Positions 20,123 to 28,470 of a DNA stretch of 54,004 bases are shown here, piece after piece. The notes under the pieces are model-generated. The model did not search any database. It had not been told where the DNA came from and saw only the letters and a program-made list of their open reading frames with translations. Source of the stretch: an uncultured virus (IMG/VR IMGVR_UViG_3300030060_005186) (taxonomy: Duplodnaviria > Heunggongvirae > Uroviricota > Caudoviricetes); the IMG/VR virus record IMGVR_UViG_3300030060_005186; one strand, given 5' to 3'. Positions within the stretch are counted from its first letter, which is position 1, and each line of letters opens with the position of its first letter. Position numbers and translations under genes: made by a program.

Positions 20123-20398
20123 ATGGATTTGGATATAGTCACTATCGCTCTCAATCTCATGATGTCCGATTACAAGGACAATGGGAATATCGATGATACA
20201 GCCAAGCAGTTCCCGGCTAGTATGTTGCTGGAGGCTCTTGTGAGAGGCAAGAGCAGTCTCACAAGCGTCAAGCCTGCTCACAAGAACCTGTTACTACGGG
20301 TGATTGGTGCATTGGAGATGACTCTGCACATCGACGAGACTGTTGTGCGTTGCCAGATAGACGGTTTGGATGAGAGTATCATGAAGGAGTTGGTATGA
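20123..20398 (+). CDS. Hypothetical protein
   Basis: Abuts both neighbours. Confidence 0.65.
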   Translation: MDLDIVTIALNLMMSDYKDNGNIDDTAKQFPASMLLEALVRGKSSLTSVKPAHKNLLLRVIGALEMTLHIDETVVRCQIDGLDESIMKELV

Positions 20399-22224
20399 TG
20401 GGTTACGGACAATATTCTGGTGGATGGACTGGTCACTCCACGTACCAAAGCAAGTCTTACCACAGCGAATGCCACAGTGGCAATCCTCTGGTTTTCACTA
20501 CTCACGATGGCATCGAGGTATATGCCGGTGGTAGCAGTCGTAGTGGTGGTTGGTGGAAGATGAATCCACTACCGGAGTTCGCCATGGGCCCAGACAGTGA
20601 GGTTAGGAAGGGTTACAGCCAACTCAGAGTAGACACCAAGGGCAAGAACATGGAAGGATGGTCTTGCATCAAGGTGATAGAGGAGAAGACCCCTCCAGCA
20701 GTGTTGGAGATGGACTTCCCTGACTACGGGGTACCGAGAGACTGCACTGTGGAATTCTGGGTGGCCCTAGCGGCAGACCTCAGAGAGAGGGGCATCAAGA
20801 CTGTCCATGCCATGTGCATGGGTGGTCACGGCAGGACTGGTATCCAACTAGCCTGTCTTCGATGGCACCTAGCAACCGAGGAAGAGAGGAAGGCTTGGCC
20901 TGACGCTCACACTCTAATCACCCACATTCGGGACAACTACTGCCAGAAGGCCGTCGAGGCTGACAAGCAGCAGGACTACGTAGCCAAGATGTGCGGCATA
21001 CCCTCAGGTAAGGAATTGGGGTTTCACAAGTATCAAAGTACCACGAAGACGACCACCAGTGCTGGTACGGTTTCTAAAGCAGCGAAGACCTCACTGACTC
21101 CTCACAACAGGTCACTGCTAGAATGTGACCAATGTGACCTGCACCTTTGGGAGGACGACAAGGTGTATGATGCAGAGGAGGAGGAACTGTGCTACGACCA
21201 CACGTGCAACGGCCACTTCATGGATGTCACGGAATTGACTGTCAAGAGAAGCCTGCTGCAAGATGTAGACATGTACCAAGTCTGCCTTGCTACACTCGAT
21301 GTATGCTCTGACGTGAGTGGTTACGAGTTCGGTGTCCTCAATGAGGAGATAATGGAGAAGATGCATGGCAAGGAGTGGCCCAAGTTGATGGACAGGCTGA
21401 TGTCACAGAATGGCAAGATGACAGTTCGTGGCAAACTACTGAGAGCATTGCATCAGGAGTTGAAGAAGCCCACGGCAGACAATGTGCTAGTGTGCTACTA
21501 CGACAGCATCACCTCCCCGAAAGTCGAAGACCACATCACTGAGTCCTACACAGGCAAGTCCAAGAGGAGCCTCAGGACTTGGAAGGAATGTGGCTTCTGC
21601 GCCACTACGATATCACCAGACAGGCTGTCTGTCGCCTACGTAGTGCAAAACGGCAAGGAGTTGGCTAAGACCTGCTGCCCTGAGTGCATGGTGCACAGCC
21701 AACTAGAACTGCGACCTGCTCTAGAGACAGGGAAGGCAGGCATCGTGAAGTTCAAGGACGAGGAATACACCATGGTAAACGGTATCAGCCCTCAGCAGAT
21801 TCTAGTTGCCAAGACTCTGCGAGACGATAACAAGAGCCATTGGGACGCAGAGGACGACGATGAGTTTGATGACATCATACTCAATTTCGATGACAAGCAA
21901 AACACAATCACCCAAACAGGTGGTAGGACTCTGGAGGACTACGCTGACCTCAGCCCTGCCGAGAAGCAGGAATGGGCAGCAGACATAATCGAAGAGTATG
22001 GGTTGGAGGAACTCCCAGATGACGAGATAGACCGGGGACTCCTCGAACTTGGCCTCAATAGTGCGGAGTTGAAGAAGGCACAAGCCGAATACCTATCGAA
22101 GAAGAATGACAGCATCGATGTCGATACCCTGATGGCTATTGACGACCAGAGCGTCGAAGATTACTTCGACTATGACAATGTCGACCCCAAGTACGGGGGC
22201 AACAACAAGGAGGAAGAAGAATGA
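20395..22224 (+). CDS. Cys-based (PTP/dual-specificity) phosphatase with Zn-binding motifs and acidic tail
   Basis: FPDYGVP acid loop, HAMCMGGHGRTG (CX5R, Cys141), AVEADKQ Q-loop; CDQC, CGFC and CPEC motifs downstream. Confidence 0.85.
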   Translation: MMGYGQYSGGWTGHSTYQSKSYHSECHSGNPLVFTTHDGIEVYAGGSSRSGGWWKMNPLPEFAMGPDSEVRKGYSQLRVDTKGKNMEGWSCIKVIEEKTPPAVLEMDFPDYGVPRDCTVEFWVALAADLRERGIKTVHAMCMGGHGRTGIQLACLRWHLATEEERKAWPDAHTLITHIRDNYCQKAVEADKQQDYVAKMCGIPSGKELGFHKYQSTTKTTTSAGTVSKAAKTSLTPHNRSLLECDQCDLHLWEDDKVYDAEEEELCYDHTCNGHFMDVTELTVKRSLLQDVDMYQVCLATLDVCSDVSGYEFGVLNEEIMEKMHGKEWPKLMDRLMSQNGKMTVRGKLLRALHQELKKPTADNVLVCYYDSITSPKVEDHITESYTGKSKRSLRTWKECGFCATTISPDRLSVAYVVQNGKELAKTCCPECMVHSQLELRPALETGKAGIVKFKDEEYTMVNGISPQQILVAKTLRDDNKSHWDAEDDDEFDDIILNFDDKQNTITQTGGRTLEDYADLSPAEKQEWAADIIEEYGLEELPDDEIDRGLLELGLNSAELKKAQAEYLSKKNDSIDVDTLMAIDDQSVEDYFDYDNVDPKYGGNNKEEEE

Positions 22225-22352
22225 ACAGAGATTTTGGAAACAAGCGAACGAATGACGAATACAAGAGGTTCATGGCAATGTCCCATGAGCAACTTGCGGT
22301 GTATCTGATTAGGTACAAGACCCACAAGGGTGACTTGGAGGTGACAGTATGA
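22221..22352 (+). CDS. Small hypothetical protein (43 aa)
   Basis: Not in ORF track; ATGA overlaps at both ends. Confidence 0.5.
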   Translation: MNRDFGNKRTNDEYKRFMAMSHEQLAVYLIRYKTHKGDLEVTV

Positions 22353-23179
22353 GCGATGACGGCTCAATTGACAAGGAGTATGAGCAGATAATGAAGGCTC
22401 ATCTCCCTACTGTGGACTTGGAGTCTCTCAAGCCCGAAGCGGGTAGTTTGGAGGATATGCAATTACGCCTAGATGCCACAGAGCAGAGCATCAAGGAGTT
22501 GACCGGGGCTTTGAAGGAGACTGTGTCCTTGTACAAGATGGCTAAGCAGGAAGCAGCGATGCTAAAGGCCGCTCACGTAAGTGCCAAGGCGTCTGCAGCG
22601 GATACAACCAAGAAACTGGCAATAGACTTGATGTCGATGTTTGCCATCAATTACAGTGCATTGGTCGACAACATGCTAGAATCTGGAGTAATTGACTCGA
22701 AGCAAATCATAGAGTCGATAAAGACTCGAATGGAGAGCGAGAGCGAGACTAAGAGGTTCCGACAGAAAGTGATTGAGTCAATCAAGGAGTCACTGGATAT
22801 AGACTACGACGGCATGGAGATTGAGTACGGTGAACTTGTAGACCACCTATCCTACGATGACATAGCGTACAACATCTGCTACTCGTCATTGTCGGACTAC
22901 CTGTCCTTCGACCCAACGGACTACTGGGACTCGAGTGACTTGGCGCAATACTTCGGTGCGGATGACATCGCTCAATACATAGACAATGAGGACGTGGCTG
23001 GATACCTAGATACCGATGACATCGCTTCGGAAGTAGACCTTGATGACATAGCAAGCAGGATTAGCATTGAGAATCTCGCTACGGAGATTGACTTGGATGC
23101 GCTGGCTCTGTTCATGTCTCAGAACATCTGCTTGGACGAGTTGGCTCAGAAAGTCGCAGATTTGAGAGGTGATGAGTGA
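22349..23179 (+). CDS. Coiled-coil protein with acidic 9-residue repeats
   Basis: GGAGGTGA RBS; repeats IDNEDVAGY/LDTDDIASE/VDLDDIASR/ISIENLATE. Confidence 0.75.
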   Translation: MSDDGSIDKEYEQIMKAHLPTVDLESLKPEAGSLEDMQLRLDATEQSIKELTGALKETVSLYKMAKQEAAMLKAAHVSAKASAADTTKKLAIDLMSMFAINYSALVDNMLESGVIDSKQIIESIKTRMESESETKRFRQKVIESIKESLDIDYDGMEIEYGELVDHLSYDDIAYNICYSSLSDYLSFDPTDYWDSSDLAQYFGADDIAQYIDNEDVAGYLDTDDIASEVDLDDIASRISIENLATEIDLDALALFMSQNICLDELAQKVADLRGDE

Positions 23180-23415
23180 TGAGAATTCACGTCTACGAAA
23201 CACAGTCTGGGGAAGCGAACATAGACCTTGACAGGGTGGTGGCAATAGTACGCCAGCCCCCGAACATACCCAATGCGAGTGTGGACTTGCATATGGAGAG
23301 TGGTACGATATTCACAGTATATCACTGTGATGAGATAGAGTACCTTGAGATGCTGCATGAGTGGCAAGACATTCGCAAAACAAGCGAAAAAGGAAGTGAA
23401 AAAAATGAGTGGTAG
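23176..23415 (+). CDS. Small hypothetical protein
   Basis: GAGGTGA RBS; overlap coupling. Confidence 0.6.
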   Translation: MMRIHVYETQSGEANIDLDRVVAIVRQPPNIPNASVDLHMESGTIFTVYHCDEIEYLEMLHEWQDIRKTSEKGSEKNEW

Positions 23416-23878
23416 AAGAAGAATGATGGACATAGAAAGAGACGGCTTAGGTTGGCGCAAGGACAAGTATGACTTTGCCATGCAGTACCTACATGAGAAC
23501 CCCAACGAGATATATGATGCTTGGGCCGACCCTGCAGATTATGAGGGTAGAGGTGGCGAACTGTTTGGCTTCGTTGGCCCAGATTGGACGAGCAGTTCCA
23601 ACGAGGCTAGGTACGAGGGGACCGTTGGCGGAACCTGTGGTTGCTTGCAACAGATAAGGAAAGCGAAGGAAAACGGCCATGACGGGAGTTCTGGGGAGAT
23701 GTGCATGTCGCATTGGCCCAGACTATGGGAGCAAATTGCCTCCGATAGGAGGCTTCCGTTCGACAGTACCGACATCGGGTTAGAAGACCTACCTGTATTC
23801 GCTGAGTGGCAGAGGAAAGTAGACCTCATGAGGATTGCTGACGGCATTGAGGTCGACCCGCTGGGGGTTTACGCCTGA
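23405..23878 (+). CDS. Hypothetical protein (CGCLQQIR motif)
   Basis: Start MSGRRR after the GGAAGTGAAAAAA motif. Confidence 0.65.
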   Translation: MSGRRRMMDIERDGLGWRKDKYDFAMQYLHENPNEIYDAWADPADYEGRGGELFGFVGPDWTSSSNEARYEGTVGGTCGCLQQIRKAKENGHDGSSGEMCMSHWPRLWEQIASDRRLPFDSTDIGLEDLPVFAEWQRKVDLMRIADGIEVDPLGVYA

Positions 23879-23881
23879 GAC

Positions 23882-23922
23882 AGCCTACGGCGGGGAGTGT
23901 GGGGACTCCCTGCCCAAAGGCT
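23882..23922 (+). other. Intergenic stem-loop
   Basis: GGCGGGGAGT/ACTCCCTGCC 10-bp stem plus outer AGCCT/AGGCT, immediately before a GGAGG RBS. Confidence 0.6.
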
Positions 23923-23938
23923 AGAAGGAGGAATAATC

Positions 23939-24097
23939 ATGCCACAGTACGAAGTAAAAGCAACAGTCGACATAACATACATGATAGAGGCAGATGACGA
24001 GGACGATGCCATCCAAGCATATTGGGATGGTAGGATTCACGCATCGAAGGACTACGGCGATTGGGACACCCAAGAAGTGGAGGCATACGAATCATGA
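23939..24097 (+). CDS. Small acidic protein (xEAxxExEA family)
   Basis: MPQYEVKATVDITYMIEADDEDDA; GGAGG RBS. Confidence 0.65.
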   Translation: MPQYEVKATVDITYMIEADDEDDAIQAYWDGRIHASKDYGDWDTQEVEAYES

Positions 24098-24279
24098 AGG
24101 AATACCTAGTGATGAAGACCGTCACCTTCACCATCAAGGTGGAGGCGGAGGACGAAGAGGAAGCCTATCTGATGGGTCTCAATTACGATTTCTGCGAGGA
24201 GAGGCTCGGCAATGGTGACTATTGCAGCGCCTACAACTACGAGGTCGAGGATGTCGAGACGGAAGAGGTAATGGAATGA
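24094..24279 (+). CDS. Small acidic protein, likely paralogue of the previous gene
   Basis: MKEYLVMKTVTFTIKVEAEDEEEA; ATGA overlap. Confidence 0.65.
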   Translation: MKEYLVMKTVTFTIKVEAEDEEEAYLMGLNYDFCEERLGNGDYCSAYNYEVEDVETEEVME

Positions 24280-24494
24280 GCAAGAAGATGAAATGCCCCA
24301 AGTGTGGGACAGAGGACGAAGGTGACTTCACAGTATGGAAGAAGGGTACTGTTGGTTTCTCAGTCTACTTCGATGGGACTGATGTAAACCCTGACGATGA
24401 GAGATATACTGACCTGTATTTCGATGCCATCTCATGCCAATGCGGACACGAATCCCAATGGCAATCAGACTTTATGGTAGAGGTGAGAGAATGA
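24276..24494 (+). CDS. Zn-ribbon protein
   Basis: CPKC...CQCGH. Confidence 0.65.
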   Translation: MSKKMKCPKCGTEDEGDFTVWKKGTVGFSVYFDGTDVNPDDERYTDLYFDAISCQCGHESQWQSDFMVEVRE

Positions 24495-24694
24495 GGACGC
24501 AAGAGGCGGTGCTTGACAACCTGCACAACCTAGCGGCTCTCTGTCGTGACTTCATTGATATCGGAGAAGACGAGGAGGTCTGGAGAAGACACCTGCTGAC
24601 TGTCGAACACGCAATCACACTTATTACTGAGTACAACGTATTGTATGAGGGTTTGATTGAGATAGTTGATTCATGGAAGGAGGAAGAGGAATGA
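24491..24694 (+). CDS. Small hypothetical protein
   Basis: GAGGTGA RBS; ATGA overlap. Confidence 0.6.
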   Translation: MRTQEAVLDNLHNLAALCRDFIDIGEDEEVWRRHLLTVEHAITLITEYNVLYEGLIEIVDSWKEEEE

Positions 24695-25254
24695 ACATAT
24701 TCGTATTGCACACAGAACCAGACAAAGCAGCACGGCAGATGTGCGACAAGCACGTACCTAAGATGATTGTCGAGTCAGCGCAAATGATGGCATCAGCCGT
24801 GCGTAGGTATGGTGCTACTGACGAGGACATGCCACTGACCAAAGCCGGAAAGCCGTACAGGGGAGGTTACAAAAATCACCCATGCACAATCTGGGCGGGA
24901 GATACCTTCGGCAACTTCGCATGGCTGACTGACCATGCCATGGCGCTGTGTGTTGAGTACACATCGCGCTTCGGTAAGAAGCACGCGTGCTATGATGCTA
25001 TCGTCACTCTGTATGGTCTGGGTATGAACTGGATAGGTACGGGTTTAGGCCATGAAAGGACACCGTTCGCTCTGGCCATGCCCGATGAATTTAGGCCAAT
25101 CACTACTGACGGAGAAATGGCATACCATGCAGAGGACATCGATGCAGTTCAGGCATACCGAGCCTACTACCACAGCAAGACGTTTGCCAAGTGGGAGAAG
25201 GGGAGAGATGCACCATGGTGGTGGCAAGGAGTGAATGAGATATGCTCTGCATAA
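24691..25254 (+). CDS. Pyrimidine-dimer DNA glycosylase (T4 endonuclease V-like family)
   Basis: MNIFVL...CDKHVPKMIVESAQM, HPCTIW, EYTSRFGKKH, FALAMPDE, AYRAYY. Confidence 0.85.
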   Translation: MNIFVLHTEPDKAARQMCDKHVPKMIVESAQMMASAVRRYGATDEDMPLTKAGKPYRGGYKNHPCTIWAGDTFGNFAWLTDHAMALCVEYTSRFGKKHACYDAIVTLYGLGMNWIGTGLGHERTPFALAMPDEFRPITTDGEMAYHAEDIDAVQAYRAYYHSKTFAKWEKGRDAPWWWQGVNEICSA

Positions 25255-25451
25255 TTTGCAAAACAACGGGGTCATCAAACCCCCACACGATAAGTCTGCA
25301 ATCCACCCCGTCAGGTTTGGTTTGTAGCACGTGTATTGGGCATTTGGTCGCTGATGTAGTTAGAATGAGACTGCCTTGGACTGAAGAGGATTTGATAGAA
25401 TGGGGCTATACGCGCCTTCTAGACAGAAAAACGGAAACGGGAGAGGAGTAA
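25242..25451 (+). CDS. Small Zn-finger protein
   Basis: CIIC...CSTC. Confidence 0.55.
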   Translation: MLCIICKTTGSSNPHTISLQSTPSGLVCSTCIGHLVADVVRMRLPWTEEDLIEWGYTRLLDRKTETGEE

Positions 25452-25471
25452 ATCTCCTTTGCTGCAACAAT

Positions 25472-25479
25472 GTTTATAG
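25472..25479 (+). promoter_or_regulatory. TATA box (GTTTATAG)
   Basis: Intergenic; same octamer recurs at 34338 and 44280. Confidence 0.6.
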
Positions 25480-25532
25480 GGTGTTGCTGTGCCCTCTAAA
25501 TTACAGCAAACCAGAAATGGAGGAAGAAAAAA

Positions 25533-27221
25533 ATGGAAAAAAGTAGAAAAAATGAAGCAAACAAAAGAATGCCAGTCATATCGACTGGATTTACACCGTT
25601 GGGCTCTCATGTGGCTGAAATCACATACGAGTCAGCAGGTGGATACGAGAAGACTGTGAAAGTCCCACTGGAATCAGTGGAGTTAGCCCTGATACCTAAT
25701 GAGAGGCAACTCTGTATCGTCTCGGAGTACGAAGTAGGAGGCGGGGTTTTCCGGCCTAGTTTCGTATTTCAGGGTGTCAATGAGCCACAGCAACCAAGCG
25801 ATGCTCTGGAGATAGACCTCGTAGATATGGTAGAGAGTGGAGCAGCAATGGAGAACATCAAGGCGTTCATAGCAGACTCCCAGAAGGTGGACCTTGCTGC
25901 TATTGCAGCGGAAGCGACAGTGGAGGACAATCTGGAGATAACCCTAGAGCCTGCGAACATGATAGTGTTAGATGACTCAGAGCCTGTAGCAGAGTGGAAT
26001 GAAGACCCTGCTTGGGGTGGTTCTCTCCTAGCAGGTGGTAGAGAGAAGAAGACCGCACCTTGGGACTTCTCCCCCACATTCCTACCCAACCACGTAGTGA
26101 TGGACGGTAAGGCTATCAGAGTTAATAAGAAGGACGGGAGTGCGAACTCTTGGTCAGTCTTCAACCCCTTGCTAGCAGACAGCAAGAGAGAAGCAGGCGC
26201 CCTACTAGGAAGCGTCAGTGACAGATACTACACTCTGGGGCATCCTGTGTGGGTCAAGCCACTGCTCAAGTATGCAGAGATGTCTGGAATCAAGGCAGCA
26301 GTTACCGCTTGGAATGAAGGAGCGAAGTGTCGTGTGGACCTAGATGTCACAGATGCCACTCAACTACGAGGCAAGGCTGCTGACAGAATCAAGGAGAAGG
26401 GTGGAAGCCAGTTCTTGGACTTGGACAGCATGAGCGAAGCAGCACAGAGGCTAGATGGCCTCTACAAATTCGGTTTCGCTGTGAATAACTCGTTGGATGG
26501 GAGAGGCTCTTTCAATTCCTACGGAGCAGCACTGAGGACGTACTGCCAGAACCTAGCAGTTGCTGGTGGAATCAAGTGCGCCATTAACATGAGGCACACC
26601 AAGGGAGTAATGCAAGACGTAGACTGGGACGAGTTCGGTCTCAACCTAGTCAACGCGACAGCCGAACTCAACGAGTGGCTAGTCAACACCGAACTGATGT
26701 CTTGGATACCTATGGACTTGCAGTTAATGGACCAGTTGCTGTTCGTAATGGAGCAGAATGGCGTGATGACCATACCCAGAGTGATAAAAGACAAGGACAG
26801 TGGTCAAGTCACTCAGGTCAACAGAAGCCACATGGACTTGGCTGTGACAGATGGATGGAAAAACCCGACTCTGTCGTACGTAGGCGTGAAAGGTGAGCAG
26901 AAGAACACGCTCTACCACGCTTTGCAGTGCTTCACAGGAGCCATAACGCACAAACCAACAGTAGTGGATGACAAGAGGGAACTCAAGGGTTCTGTGCTAG
27001 GCTTTGACAGCCTCGACACGAGACTCAGGAAAGTGAACCAAGTCTTCACTGGCATAGCAGCCCATGCTTTGAATGAGGCCAGAAATGTCTTAGAAGTTGG
27101 AAAATTAACATTGGAGCATGAAGATGAAGTCAAGAATATTCTTGAAATTTATCCTAATATGATGGGTGACATTTATGAAGCCCCCAAGTACACCGAGACG
27201 CATGAAATTGCAGTTCTCTGA
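25533..27221 (+). CDS. DUF932-domain protein
   Basis: NNSLDGRGSF...RTYCQN...MRHT motif series. Confidence 0.7.
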   Translation: MEKSRKNEANKRMPVISTGFTPLGSHVAEITYESAGGYEKTVKVPLESVELALIPNERQLCIVSEYEVGGGVFRPSFVFQGVNEPQQPSDALEIDLVDMVESGAAMENIKAFIADSQKVDLAAIAAEATVEDNLEITLEPANMIVLDDSEPVAEWNEDPAWGGSLLAGGREKKTAPWDFSPTFLPNHVVMDGKAIRVNKKDGSANSWSVFNPLLADSKREAGALLGSVSDRYYTLGHPVWVKPLLKYAEMSGIKAAVTAWNEGAKCRVDLDVTDATQLRGKAADRIKEKGGSQFLDLDSMSEAAQRLDGLYKFGFAVNNSLDGRGSFNSYGAALRTYCQNLAVAGGIKCAINMRHTKGVMQDVDWDEFGLNLVNATAELNEWLVNTELMSWIPMDLQLMDQLLFVMEQNGVMTIPRVIKDKDSGQVTQVNRSHMDLAVTDGWKNPTLSYVGVKGEQKNTLYHALQCFTGAITHKPTVVDDKRELKGSVLGFDSLDTRLRKVNQVFTGIAAHALNEARNVLEVGKLTLEHEDEVKNILEIYPNMMGDIYEAPKYTETHEIAVL

Positions 27222-27222
27222 T

Positions 27223-27305
27223 TCTCGCACCCTCGGGGCGGGAGAAGTAAATAGGGTGCGAGACAGCGTTTGTTCGCGTGTTTCATCTCCGTCTTCTCTC
27301 GTCCC
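27223..27305 (+). ncRNA. Putative structured RNA element (pseudoknot or two-state switch)
   Basis: Stem 1: 27223-27233 with 27253-27263 (11 bp perfect). Stem 2: 27235-27247 with 27293-27305 (13 bp, 2 G-U). Confidence 0.55.
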
Positions 27306-27340
27306 ACCTAGGGTCGATACAAAAAAAGGAAGTGAAAAAA

Positions 27341-27829
27341 ATGAGTGAAAGAAGCAAAAGAAAAATGAACAGAGCACAACTGATGGCGAAAAAAGGGTAT
27401 CAGAAATTAAACTTTGATACGAACATCAAAAAACAAGATTTGCCTGCAGTTGTAGTGAACAACCTAAGAGCCTATCTAGAAAAGGGGCTGTTGCAGCAGA
27501 CTAGGAAAGGTTACTACCGGAAACCCCAGAACTTTGGACTGGAGGATAAAGAAGTGGAAACAAATCCCGCCCAAGACGAGGAAGAAGAACCATCGTGGGT
27601 ATCTGCCGCTAAGGATGCAGTCGCTGAAGAACCAGTAGAGGAATCTAAAAATTCTGTCTGGGACGAGGCAAAACTCGCAACAGGTCAGAAAGCAGTCAAT
27701 ATCGTACAATTAGTAGATGGCTTACTTACTGGAGAATTGGGGTTGAGTGCCTTGACTCAAATCAAGCAAGAAGCCGTACTAATTCTTGATGACTTCGGCT
27801 TGATTCAAAAAGCCGAGGAATCATCATGA
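27341..27829 (+). CDS. Hypothetical protein
   Basis: Start MSERSK after the GGAAGTGAAAAAA motif. Confidence 0.65.
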   Translation: MSERSKRKMNRAQLMAKKGYQKLNFDTNIKKQDLPAVVVNNLRAYLEKGLLQQTRKGYYRKPQNFGLEDKEVETNPAQDEEEEPSWVSAAKDAVAEEPVEESKNSVWDEAKLATGQKAVNIVQLVDGLLTGELGLSALTQIKQEAVLILDDFGLIQKAEESS

Positions 27830-28197
27830 AGATGGCGGTCGAAGAGCCTCAAGGACCTTGCCCCTGTGGAGGTACAATCTGCAACAGAGGGTTTGGATGG
27901 GTCATGGGAAAAATGCAAGACCTCGCCGGTGGTTTTCACAGCAGCCGACACAATGTCGAAGTCTGTGAGATGTTCCCCGACGAACTCAAGGAGTGGGATG
28001 GTGAGGATGCGATATTTCTCCCACCTCCTCCGCCCGGAATAAACAACATTGAAACTTTGAAGGGCTTCATGAAAGATTTTCGAGGCACTGACAAAGATTT
28101 GCAGAAAGGGAACCAAGGTATAAAAAGTTCTGAGAGGGCTCTTGAAAAAATGGAACGGAAAAATTATGATGATGCTTTCAGGGAAGAATTTGCATGA
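27826..28197 (+). CDS. Hypothetical protein
   Basis: ATGA overlap; CPC..C and poly-Pro. Confidence 0.6.
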   Translation: MKMAVEEPQGPCPCGGTICNRGFGWVMGKMQDLAGGFHSSRHNVEVCEMFPDELKEWDGEDAIFLPPPPPGINNIETLKGFMKDFRGTDKDLQKGNQGIKSSERALEKMERKNYDDAFREEFA

Positions 28198-28373
28198 CTA
28201 AATTCAAAACAAATGATGTAATCGTAAATAGGCATACTTTGAAAAAAGCAATGATAGTCAATGTAGAACATGACTGGTTTCGTCCAGTTTATGTTGCTGA
28301 GTATCAAGACGAAATAGGTGGCTCTTTCAGATTTAATACCACTTACGAAAAACACTGGGAATTGGTAAAATGA
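28194..28373 (+). CDS. Small hypothetical protein (59 aa)
   Basis: Not in ORF track; MTKFKTNDVIVNRHT...; ATGA overlap. Confidence 0.5.
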   Translation: MTKFKTNDVIVNRHTLKKAMIVNVEHDWFRPVYVAEYQDEIGGSFRFNTTYEKHWELVK

Positions 28374-28470
28374 AATGGTTGAGAAAATTTTGGAAATGGT
28401 TGACTCAATATGAAGGTATGTCGTGGGACACATATGAACGGAACATGGAAGCACGCAAGAAGGGACCCAA

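Noticed and set aside
27219..27254. Pseudoknot-stimulated stop readthrough of the DUF932 gene
   Set aside because: An in-frame TAG follows after 10 codons, so the extension would be trivial
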